A stretch of 64,000 nucleotides of DNA from contig NC_043005.1 of the NCBI RefSeq assembly GCF_006345805.1, forward strand, positions 106,826,001 to 106,890,000, given 5' to 3'. The DNA is from Octopus sinensis (Eukaryota). Below, in pieces: positions 53,300 through 64,000 of this stretch. The translations under genes and the position numbers were made by a program. Position 1 is the first letter of the stretch. Every line of letters begins with the position of its first letter. The notes under the pieces are model-generated. The model was given only the letters and a program-made list of their open reading frames with translations, was not told the origin of the DNA and did not search any database.

Positions 53300-53915
53300 T
53301 TGTATTCTAAAACCAACATTTCAAGACATTTTTAGATATATTGATATAAATATATTTTAATAATTGGATATCTTTTCTGTAATAATTCTTGTGATATTAG
53401 TTTAATATCGAAGTTTATGTTTGTATAATGTCAAATAATTTGTGGGCAGGAGTGGTGAGTTTCGCTTTTTCATTTACGATGCTTTCAGACCCACTTACAG
53501 ATCCGGACGCGCCACGCATACACATGCGTACACATACAGATATTTATGCATATATATATGTGTGTGTATTTATATATTAGCGTGTATCTGTATGTATGTC
53601 TATACATGTGTCGAGCGTATAAGTATATGGAAATCACATAGAATTTAAACAGAGATTGTCATCTTTGCAATAGTTTGTGAATCCACAAATAAAATTAAAT
53701 AAGAAACATATAATTGTATTGTAAAACCAAAATTTCACGAGAACATTTTTAGATATATAGATATAAATATATTTTAATAATTGGCTATATTTTATGTAAT
53801 AATTCAAGCGATATTTCTTCAGCTGTTTTATATTTAAGTTTATGTTTGTATGATGTTGTCAAATAATTTGTGAGCAGGAACGATACTGTTTTTGTTTTTC
53901 ATTTATAATTCTTTC
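53300..53915. repeat. Diverged direct repeat of about 190 bp
   Basis: 53300-53486 versus 53714-53915 align with indels. Confidence 0.8.
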
Positions 53916-54983
53916 ATTTAATCTTATTCCTGCTTCTCTGACTAATTCATTTAAATATATATCTATCGATTCATCTAAAATACAAATTCACTACCCCCTT
54001 GTTCTTCAGCGCTCACCCTCGTCTGTTTCTCATAAAATATAAGTTTCCAGCGATAAAATGTATCTCTCATTATTTCCACTTTCTTCTGATACATATCCAA
54101 AATTATCTCACGTTATCTCTCTCGCTCTCTCCCTCCTGCACTGCCTACTGGGGTTGAAATTTCATATTGATGCCTCCATGCTATATCTATATATGCTTAT
54201 ATGCATACATACATGCATACAAACATACATACGTACAAACATACATACATATATACATACGTACAAACAGACACCAAAAACAACACGCTTAGCCTTACAC
54301 ACAATGCAGTATAATATATGTGTGCGAGTGCGTCTGTGTGTCTCTCTGTATCTAATATATTTATGTGTGTGCGTGCGTCTGTATGTATGAATACACACAC
54401 ATTCACAGACACACACAGAAACACATATACATACATATATATATACGCACAAATACATCGACTATATATATGTAGGTGTGTGAGTATATATATGCGTACA
54501 TGTCTTTGTGCAAATATGGAGGCTCTATATATGTCTGTGCATACATACACATGGCTATCATTGTATTATCGAGGCCTGTATGTTTATGTATTTCTGAATA
54601 TTTTGCCATTCTAGTTAGATTGGACCTAGAAATGGTTTCTCTGGAGACTATTTAATTGAAATCAGTTAAAACCAAATGCACCGGACACATGTAAACGCAG
54701 TTATAGATACACACACACACATATATATACGTATATATAAATATAGGTAAACATATATATATATATATATATATATATTATGTGAAATAGAAAGATGAAT
54801 AATCTTGTAGTAGATTAATCAAAAGTTTAACCGATACCTTAGTAGCAAAAATCACAGCAGTGAACAGCACGGTTGGAGGTACAACCAACTGGCGTTGCAA
54901 CCGTGCGTTGGTGCGGATAATTGAAATTAAAACATTATGGTGAATTGAAGAAATGGAGCTGAACGCAGATTGAACAGAAATCG

Positions 54984-55079
54984 TTATTTCATTCTACACG
55001 TGTTTCGAAAGGCACAAATTACCAAAATCCGATGAATAATGGGACCATATTGTGTCTTTCTCTTCAGGAAGAAAAAAGG
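54984..55079 (-). ncRNA. Type I hammerhead ribozyme (left arm, minus strand)
   Basis: Reverse complement contains CTGAAGA-GAAAGACACAA...TTGTGCCTTTC-GAAACACGTGTA; core intact. Confidence 0.75.
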
Positions 55080-55138
55080 AAACCCGTTGGAAAAACAAGC
55101 TCTGCCTCTGTTCTGTTTTTGTTTTTCCAACGGATTTC

Positions 55139-55235
55139 CTTTTTTCTTCCTGAAGAGAAAGACACAATATGGTCCCATTATTCAATCGGATTTTGGTAAT
55201 TTGTGCCTTTCGAAACACGTGTAGAATGAATAAAA
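55139..55235 (+). ncRNA. Type I hammerhead ribozyme (right arm)
   Basis: CTGAAGA (55150-55156), 10 of 11 bp stem II, GAAA-C-ACGT-G-TA (site after 55223), stem I TTC/GAA extendable. Confidence 0.75.
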
Positions 55236-55333
55236 CGATTTCTGTTCAATCTGCGTTCAGCTCCATTTCTTCAATTCACCAATAATGTTATATATATATA
55301 TATTATATACGTACATATGTATGTACATAGACA

Positions 55334-55365
<32 letters not shown>

Positions 55366-55453
55366 CAGAGAGAGAGAGAGAGGGGGGAGATAGAAAGCGA
55401 TGGTATTTTTAATAGTACTATCGCTCTCATATTAATATATATATATAAATAAA

Positions 55454-55501
<48 letters not shown>

Positions 55502-55767
55502 TATATATTATATATATATATATATAATATATATAGATGTGTGTGTGTCTGTGTATGGGTGGTGTGTGTATGTATATATGCACCCTCATTCCGGAATTCA
55601 ACATCACTTTAGAATTATGGCATCAAAAACTATTCATTAAAACGTAAAATGTAATGAGTAATTTTTATCAGTGTTTCCGATTGAGGATTTTATCGCAAGT
55701 TGAAAGAGATTATGAAATATGTTCGAAAAAGAGGAATACGTATATTCATGCATGTAACCAGTCTGTG

Positions 55768-55811
<44 letters not shown>

Positions 55812-55857
55812 CCTATCTTTATCAATTTATCCTTATATATATATATATATATATATG

Positions 55858-56082
55858 GCTATCATGTGATCTCTTGAGCACCACAAGCTCAAATATTTTT
55901 TCCTCTGTCTTCCCTTCTTGGGATCTTTCCTTCTCCTTGTTTCCGACGAAGAGCTCCGTTCGAAACGTTAAACCCTCCTTCCCTTCTTTCCTGAGCGTCA
56001 ATAATACTTTAATTGTTCCACGTCCTGCGTTGCTGTTTTTTTTTCTCTCTTTTTTTCTGTGTTTTCTTGTTTGGATTAACTT
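55858..56082 (+). mobile_element. Short (TA)n-flanked repeat carrying a minimal hammerhead-like motif
   Basis: GTTT-CCGACGA-A-GAG-CTCCG-TTC-GAAACGTT-AAAC at 55939-55973. Confidence 0.6.
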
Positions 56083-56146
56083 ATATATATATATATATAT
56101 ATAGCAATAATAATTCTCTAAATGAGATATAGACAGTAACTGCTCC

Positions 56147-56307
56147 ATAACATAAGGGACTAAAGCCATCTGAATATGGCTAGGGACAGGGCAGGGTGGT
56201 GGGGGTGTTACTGTTGATGTTCGCCTGGGGCTAAATGCAACAGTAACACCCCCACCACCCTGCCCTGTCCCTAGCCATATTCAGATGGCTTTAGTCCCTT
56301 ATGTTAT
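56147..56307. repeat. Perfect 70-bp inverted repeat with a 21-nt spacer, containing a G-quadruplex motif
   Basis: Arms 56147-56216 and 56238-56307; GGGACAGGGCAGGGTGGTGGGGG at 56183-56205. Confidence 0.95.
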
Positions 56308-56628
56308 ATATTATATATATATATATATTATATATGTATGTATATGTATATATGTATGTATATATGTATGTATGCATGTATGTATGTATGTATGTATGTA
56401 CTTACATGTGTGTGTGTGTTTGTGTGTTTGTGTGTGCGTGCGTGTACGTGCGTGCGTGTACGTGCGTGCATGTGTGTGTGTTACGATATATGTATACATG
56501 TTTGCCTGCATGCTAAAATATGATTATTGTAGCATGCATTTTAAGATATTTTTCTCTCTTGAATTCTCTTATATAAGTAATATCTGAAAAAGATCTCCAT
56601 GAAAATGCGGTGATAGAGTTGATCCCTT

Positions 56629-56666
<38 letters not shown>

Positions 56667-57090
56667 TGCAGTATTGGTGGTGTTGGTGGTAGCAGTAGTA
56701 GGAAGATAAGGTGGAGGGGAATATGTTGTGAAGGGGACATTGGCTAGTACATGAAAGCAGATTGATGAAATAATTCTAATCGTATGTAAACATAAAACTG
56801 AGAGAAATATACTAGTGTAAGTGCATGTGTGTTGTGTACATATTTGCATACATATATATATATATTATATATATATTTATATGTATGTATATATATATGT
56901 ACATATGTATATATATATGTACATATATATATAAATATATATATATATACATATAATATATATATATATACATATGTATATACATATATATATACTCTGA
57001 CGCGTGTTTGCGTGTCTCTTCCTACATATAAATAGTCCTTATAGGTAAATAAGTTTAATTTTATTATACTAACACGACGTATATTCTTCC

Positions 57091-57157
<67 letters not shown>

Positions 57158-57214
57158 TACAAACACATACGTATGTGCGTATATATGTTAAAAAAATAAC
57201 ATGCAAAAACAGAT

Positions 57215-57357
57215 GCTAAGTCGATAAAAAATCGACCCCAGTGCTGAACTGGTACAAACCGGCATCGGCGAACTTTGAACTCAGAATGTAAAGAGAAGTA
57301 AAATGTTGCTAAATCTTTTCCCTGGAGTGCTAATGACTCTGGCTGATCACCGGCTTA
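57215..57357 (-). mobile_element. SINE family B fragment
   Basis: TCGACCCCAGTG..AACTGGTAC...TTTGAACTCAGAATGTAAAG. Confidence 0.7.
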
Positions 57358-57736
57358 CATTATGCCATTCGCTGAAAGTATTTTTGTATATTATTAAAAT
57401 TCTGTTGGCTACATACGTACATACGCTTGTTAGATTTGTCTATTTCAACGCCAGATACGTCACATTTCAACGAAAACAATCTTGTAATTCAGACACAATG
57501 CTGTTAAATTATCTGTACATTTTTAGAGATATAAAAATAAAAACAAATTTGTATTTCGATTAAATATATATATTGCTGTGCAAATATATACACACATCTA
57601 TTAAACCAGTGAGCAAGCATACATAGAAAAGTGTTTCTATGTTTGTTTAAGTATATCTATCTAGTCATATATGTATATATAAATGTGTGTGTCAATGTAT
57701 ATATATAATGTAATATAATATAATATATATATATAT

Positions 57737-59016
57737 ACAGGTGGTCCTCGATTTATGCACGAATGAACAAAAATGCTATGACATATGTCAGGACATACGG
57801 AAAACCAAATCTTTTTGACACTTTCACCTGCAAACCTAAATACGAAGAAATAAAATCTAACCTTCTTCCAGTGTTGCATCTTCTGGTATTGCAGCTACCC
57901 TCTTCAATGGGGGAAGAACTGCTCATTCCATGTTCAAGCTCCCTCTAACCCTTTCAAAGAAAGAATCTCAAATGTGCAACATTTTCCAAAACTCCGCAAT
58001 GGCAACAATTCTCCAACAAACTTGCCTCATTGTTTGGGATGAATACACTATGGCACTAAAGATTCTTGAAGTAGCCTCCAAGACATAAAAAAACAATGGC
58101 ATGCTCATGGGAAGAGTAACAGTACTTACAGGAGATTTTCATTAACCATTGTTAGTTATCCCCGAAGGATCAAAAGCTGATGAGGCCAATGCATGTTTAC
58201 AGAAATCGTACCTTTGGAGCCATGGGAAAAAACTTCATCTTACAAGCCACATCAGAGAATTTCTACAAGGTGGCCATACGAGCTTATTGGTAATGGGATA
58301 TTAACATTCAACTCAAGACTTCAACTACATGAAATTACCTGCGGCCAAATGATGCCTTATCTTAGAGATCTTATGGATAAAGTATTTCCTAATTTCCATC
58401 AATTATAATTATAATTTCCATCAATTATACTGATGTCTTCTGGCTAAGGGAATGAGCTCTACTGGCTCCAACTAATGAAATGGTTGATATACTTCGAAAT
58501 TTAACCGATACATCAGAAATGACTATTCGAATCAATTGACACCAATCGATCAAGATCAGGTTGTTCAATCCTCTGTTGAATTTCTAAACACACTTAAACC
58601 CACTGGGATGCCACCGCATAACTTGACACTAAAACTGGGTGCCCCCATCATGCTACTTAGGAATCTTGACCCATCTCACCTGTGTAATGGGACTCGCTTG
58701 CCTATAGACAACAATCATAACAGGTAGCCACAAAGGAGAAAGTCTTCATTCCAAACATTCCTCTCATACCTACATATGTTCCGTTTCAATTTAAGACGCT
58801 TCAGTTTCCATTTAAACCAAGTCTTGGTATATCAATTAACAAATCCCAGGGTCAATCCCTCAACGTAGTCGGACTTGATCTCTCTACTACATGCTTCTCT
58901 CACGACCAACTCTATGCTGCTTGCTCGTGAGTTGGAAGCAGCAACAAATTATTCATTCTACACCAATTCAGAATTACTCCATGAATATTGTTTACCCTGA
59001 GATGCTTCAACATTGA
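57737..59016 (+). pseudogene. Helitron RepHel remnant with a large internal deletion
   Basis: Rep: TGGPRFMHE..NAMTYVRTYGKPNLFDTFTC. PIF1 helicase: VASSGIAATLFNGGRTAHSMFKLPL, LIVWDE, GDF, MPPHNLTLKLGAPIMLLRNLDPSHLCNGTRL, INKSQGQSL, QLYAACSRV, NIVYPEML. Stops and frameshifts throughout. Confidence 0.92.
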
Positions 59017-59507
59017 CAGATTTTTCAGTTCGAAATTCTATTATCATTACAATTTGTATATATTAAAATAAAACATAGATATTTTGAAATAATTAGGAGG
59101 ATAAGTCTTTCCTCACGTGATCATATTTATTTTCCTTCAGTCTGTCATACAGACCAGACACATTCTTATCTGTCTCCTATATTTTCTCTTGTCAAAGTCA
59201 ATATTCCTCCAGCATTCGCTACCTTACGTCGTCTGGCCTAACAGCCTTCCATGTTTGTTTTTGTTTGGTTTGTTGCATGTCTCCACTGCCTTTTTTTGTT
59301 ACCAACGTTGACCCTCCGCAAATTCCAAATTTTATTTTGGTTCGCGGGAGCCGACAACTGATGAAGAGTCGTTCTTTATGTTACTTGTCTGGTTTTCCAT
59401 TTGTCTCTCTCATTGCTTGCATACCCAACTTTGTCTTCTTATTTCATGTTGTTTACGTTTTGTGACGTCCTGTACCCATTTATGCATATATATATATATA
59501 TATATAG

Positions 59508-59542
<35 letters not shown>

Positions 59543-59851
59543 ACATATGTATGTACATATATGTATGTATATATGCATATATATTATTTATATTATATAT
59601 ATATCAGAATTTTCAACTCGAATCAAATATAACAAATTACTCAAATTCCTTCCAAGGGAATCCATATAAATGGAATTAGAATAGGCTGTACAGGTAGCAA
59701 GTCATATATTTCGGAATAATGTATTAAGTGAGGAAGGCCCTGCGTATGGCGTGTATTTCCTACTACATGTTACGCAATGGTTTGAAACGTATGTACAAAA
59801 TGCTCTCAAAATATCGTGATTTCTTTCTACTTCATTATCATAATATTCATA

Positions 59852-60283
59852 GATGCATATGTAACACCAGGCACTGGCTCACATGGATTCTGATCTTAAC
59901 TATGTGTTATCATGCATTTGTTTTTTACTTGGTGTTAAAGATGGGCTACATCAAATATTTTGCTCAATACCACAGATTTTCATGTCATTTGTTTCACCTT
60001 AGCCAGTTGAGCACGTCCCTTGGTGGTTCACGACATGTGCACCTTTCATCACGGGCAGAAATAGTAGGGGTGCATCATAGCCATATATTGAAAATTCTTT
60101 GGGGTTTGAATAATTGACATCTAGTAACATGGGTGCTTCGTTCAAAAGCCTTATACAAACCTTATTCAGGGAACTTTTTAGCGGGATAGGCGACTCGATC
60201 TGAAGAAAATTCTGACTGCGCTTTACATGCAAAATCGTGTGCTTTTTATCTTGATATGAGATCACTATGTTGCGCACATATAT
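59852..60283 (-). mobile_element. Older, 5'-truncated copy of the (TAA)n-associated repeat
   Basis: Reverse-complement match to about 60868-61300. Confidence 0.85.
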
Positions 60284-60654
60284 TCGTTAATACAGAAAAT
60301 ATCGTCGTCATCATCATCATCATCATCATCAGTAGTGGCAGCAGTAGAAGTAGTAATATTAGCAGTAGTAGCAGCCGCAGTAGCAGCAGCAACAACAACG
60401 TTTGAAGAACGGATGAAGTTGAAGCATGAGAAACGTCTTTGCTCTATTTGCTCCTGATCTTGAAGTTCAAATCCCGCTGCATTCAACTTCACCTTTCGAC
60501 TCTTCAAAGTCAATTAAATAAAGTATCAATGAAGCATTGGTGTTGATATAGTCTCCTTAAATTTCAACCTGTGTACCAAAATTAGAATGAATTATCATTA
60601 TCATTATTAATATTATGATGATGATGATTATTATTATTATTATTATTATTAGTG

Positions 60655-60739
<85 letters not shown>

Positions 60740-60749
60740 AATTATTATT

Positions 60750-61300
60750 GAGAGAGAGCAGTGCATGTTATCAAAGTGACACTGGGGTAAAATATACGAA
60801 GCCCAATATACCCATCATGGCTACCCGTCTGATAAGGTTACACCAAGCACATGCATCACAACCATATGTGCGCGACATGGTGATCTCATATCAAGATAAA
60901 CAGCACATGACCTTGCAGGTGGGGCCCAGTTAGAATTTTCTTCCGGTCGAGTAACCCATCTTGCTCAAAAGGTCCCTGAATAAGGGTTATTTAAGGATGT
61001 TGAACGAAACACCCATGTTTCCAGAGGTGAATTATTCAAACCCCAAAGAATCCCTCTCAATACATGGTTATGATACTCACCCACTACTTCTACTCGTGAT
61101 CAGAGATGCACATATCGTCAGCCACTAAGGGACATTGTCAACTGGTTAAGGTCAAACAACTGACAAGCAAATCAGTGGTATTGAGCAGAATATTTGCTGT
61201 AGCCCATCTTTTATACCAAGACAAAAACAATGTACATAACTCTTTTAATCAGTTGACATCAGAAGCCACAAGATCCACTGCCTGGTACTGCATCAAGGTA
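60750..61300 (+). mobile_element. About 550-bp non-coding repeat inserted in an (ATT)n tract
   Basis: Sharp junctions ATTATT|GAGAGAGCAGTGC and CATCAAGGTA|TTAATTGTTATT; second copy nearby. Confidence 0.8.
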
Positions 61301-61304
61301 TTAA

Positions 61305-61336
<32 letters not shown>

Positions 61337-61358
61337 TTATTATTATTATCATCATCAA

Positions 61359-61397
<39 letters not shown>

Positions 61398-61422
61398 GAT
61401 TATTATTATTATTATCATGATC

Positions 61423-61461
<39 letters not shown>

Positions 61462-61492
61462 TAATAATAATAATATAATAATAATAATAATA

Positions 61493-61533
<41 letters not shown>

Positions 61534-61558
61534 CATTATCAATATTATTATTATTATA

Positions 61559-61614
<56 letters not shown>

Positions 61615-61690
61615 CAACATCATCGTTGTCGTAGTCGTCGTTATCATCATTATTATCATCATCTTCCTCTTCCTTATCATCATCTTTATC
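61300..61690. repeat. (ATT/ATC/AAT)n trinucleotide tract
   Basis: Seen directly in the sequence. Confidence 0.95.
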
Positions 61691-62801
61691 AAGATTATTA
61701 TTTTTTGTAACTCGTGCTGAAATGGATGTGTGCTTATCATCGGGTTCTGGAGCAGACGATTTATAAATCATGTGCGCGTTGTTCCCTAATGGAAAAAAAT
61801 GTTTCCCTTCCATTAGCATCGAACAGAGCATTGCAAGGCTACGTAACAGTCATTATAGACTGTATTACGTTACAGATGTTTATAATTATACTAATCTGTG
61901 GTTGGTAAACGGCATCCCCGGGGTAAATGTCAGACATATGTGTAACTCAGGATATAGTAGAAGTACAAATCATTGGACTAGACATTTGCTTCCGTACTGT
62001 TTTGTACATCCATACTAAAGAAAGATTTTCTTCAAACACCAGCACGTTATACGTTTAGCCTTTCTGGTATGACTTCTCTTTTGCTAAGACAGATGTGAAA
62101 GCTATATAAACAATCACACGCATAAAAGAGACAAGAGACAGCAAAATAAATATATTCAAATCATATCTACTAAATTCTCGTGTAAGTTAGTTTATCACGT
62201 AATATTTTGGTAGCGTATAGTTGCTCTGATTTACAGGAAAGAATCTGCTGCTAACAGTTTTGCAAATATTCAAAAAATAAATCGACTTATTATACATAAT
62301 GCAATAGGGGGGGGGAGGAAGGAAAAATACATTAAACATTTTGCTATTAAGGTTGGTTGCCAGTCGAAATATCAAAGAACAACCGATGTTAGAAATTAAG
62401 AAAAGAAAACAACAACAGCCACAAGAACAACAACAGTAGCAACAACAATAGCAGTGGCAACACAAACGATGGCAGCCATCATTATAACAACAACAATGAC
62501 AATATATGCAATAATATTCGCGAAAACAAAAGGAAAAATAGCGAACAAAAATCTATTCAACGTAAACGCAAATAAAATAACAAATACAGCCAAAAATGTC
62601 ACAGAATTCCTGTATGACATTTATTTGATGAGTGGCCGTTGCTATGTAACAGTACTTATAACAACGGATCGCCGCCATCGACGTTCCATAAAACCTTATA
62701 AGAAAGTTACAAGACTTAAAGATTTAGGTCCGGGAAACTACCTCTAATGAAGGATATATATTGGTTAGAAAAAATATGATATATGCAATATATATAATAT
62801 A

Positions 62802-62848
<47 letters not shown>

Positions 62849-63100
62849 CATACATACATATAAATGTGTCTGTTTGTATGTTTGTATGTATCTATGTCGG
62901 TATGTATATATCTAAATATATACGTCTATATATATATATATTATATATATATATATACATACATATACATATGCATTTATATGAGTGGGGGAAGTGATGG
63001 TGTATGTGTGTGAGTTGGCAAAAATTCGGAGAAAAGGAAATGGAATGAATGACAATATATATATTTGCCTAAATATAATATAATTTATATATCTGTATAT

Positions 63101-63175
<75 letters not shown>

Positions 63176-63494
63176 TATATATATATATACACATACACAC
63201 TTCTTTTTCTTCAGTATAATGATATTTTATATATTTTGATGACGTTGCTATGGTCGGTGCAAATATAAAATGGCGAAATATGTAAAATTTACTTATCCTT
63301 TCCAGTGATTCTGTGAATATCTTAGAATATAGCTTTGCACCATTCAAGGAATTCATCTTAGAGACATTGATTTTATGGTCTATGAAGAAAAAAATATATA
63401 TAAATATAATCCCACGCACTTCATTTATCAAAAGAAGTTAAAACCTTTAACTTAAGCTTCAAAATGAAAGAGTAGACATACTTTATTATCATTC

Positions 63495-63532
<38 letters not shown>

Positions 63533-63546
63533 TATTATTATTATTA

Positions 63547-63585
<39 letters not shown>

Positions 63586-64000
63586 TATTATCAGATCTTC
63601 ATCATTATCGTCGTCGTTGATATGGTTGTTGTTGTTGTTGCCGATTCCACATACTATTTATGATGTTGTCCATATGATAGACATACATATTTCATGATTA
63701 TTTAATAAAGAAATCGTTGATATTTTCAGTGTTATTACTGTGAAAGGTGGAGATTGTGGGTGGTGTCCCTTCGAATTGGGATACAGGAAGACAGTGGAAT
63801 GATTGTGGATGACCTCCCTGTGGGGATATGGGACACCACGGAGAACAAATTTGTCACCATCGTCATGCCAGACTATAGGAGGAAAAATAGAGTTGAACAA
63901 CCTGTTTTTTTCGGCAGTTTTGCACCCAAATAGAGAAGGAACTGCTGTCAGTCAGTGTCAGGTGTGGTTGGACTACCAAGATAGTTAAGATGCATTGGGC

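Larger units (their letters stand above)
54780..55289. mobile_element. Second Penelope-pLTR-like fold-back element (about 170-bp arms)
   Basis: Arms 54931-55098 and 55119-55289, 20-nt spacer, (TA)n flanks; flank homologous to 32645-32830. Confidence 0.8.

Noticed and set aside
62655-62715. Minus-strand FYGTSMAA resembling the subtilase catalytic serine motif
   Set aside because: The following residues (IRCY) do not match the expected P-x-V-A-G, and no other subtilase motifs were found.
63730-63933. Open frame ...DDLPVGIWDTTENKFVTIVMPDY... after a TTTTCAG acceptor
   Set aside because: I could not assign it to a host gene or a LINE; it may be a decayed repeat.

Overview
This is repeat-saturated eukaryotic non-coding DNA. 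Its tRNA-derived SINE families and extreme microsatellite load match my recollection of Octopus genomes (inferred; no search was run). I cannot confidently identify any host protein-coding gene: almost every ORF in the track is a translated microsatellite, and only a few weak micro-exon candidates remain. Recognisable content includes three SINE families, two R4/Dong-type and one HERO-type LINE remnants, three Tc1/mariner-superfamily transposase fossils, an internally deleted Helitron, a non-autonomous Helitron, a MITE with a 7-bp TSD and a (TAA)n-associated repeat. The most interesting signal is a set of eight type I hammerhead ribozyme motifs in small non-coding elements that all sit in (TA)n tracts. 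Two are canonical motifs 593 bp apart in a near-identical direct repeat (41034-42036), a retrozyme/Penelope-pLTR-like layout that predicts a 593-nt self-excised RNA. Four lie in two homologous fold-back palindromes (32792-33201, 54931-55289), one ribozyme per strand. Two are minimal loop-less motifs with covarying stems. A third fold-back palindrome of the same architecture carries a G-quadruplex motif instead. Coordinates were counted by eye and may be off by a few bases at degenerate ends.
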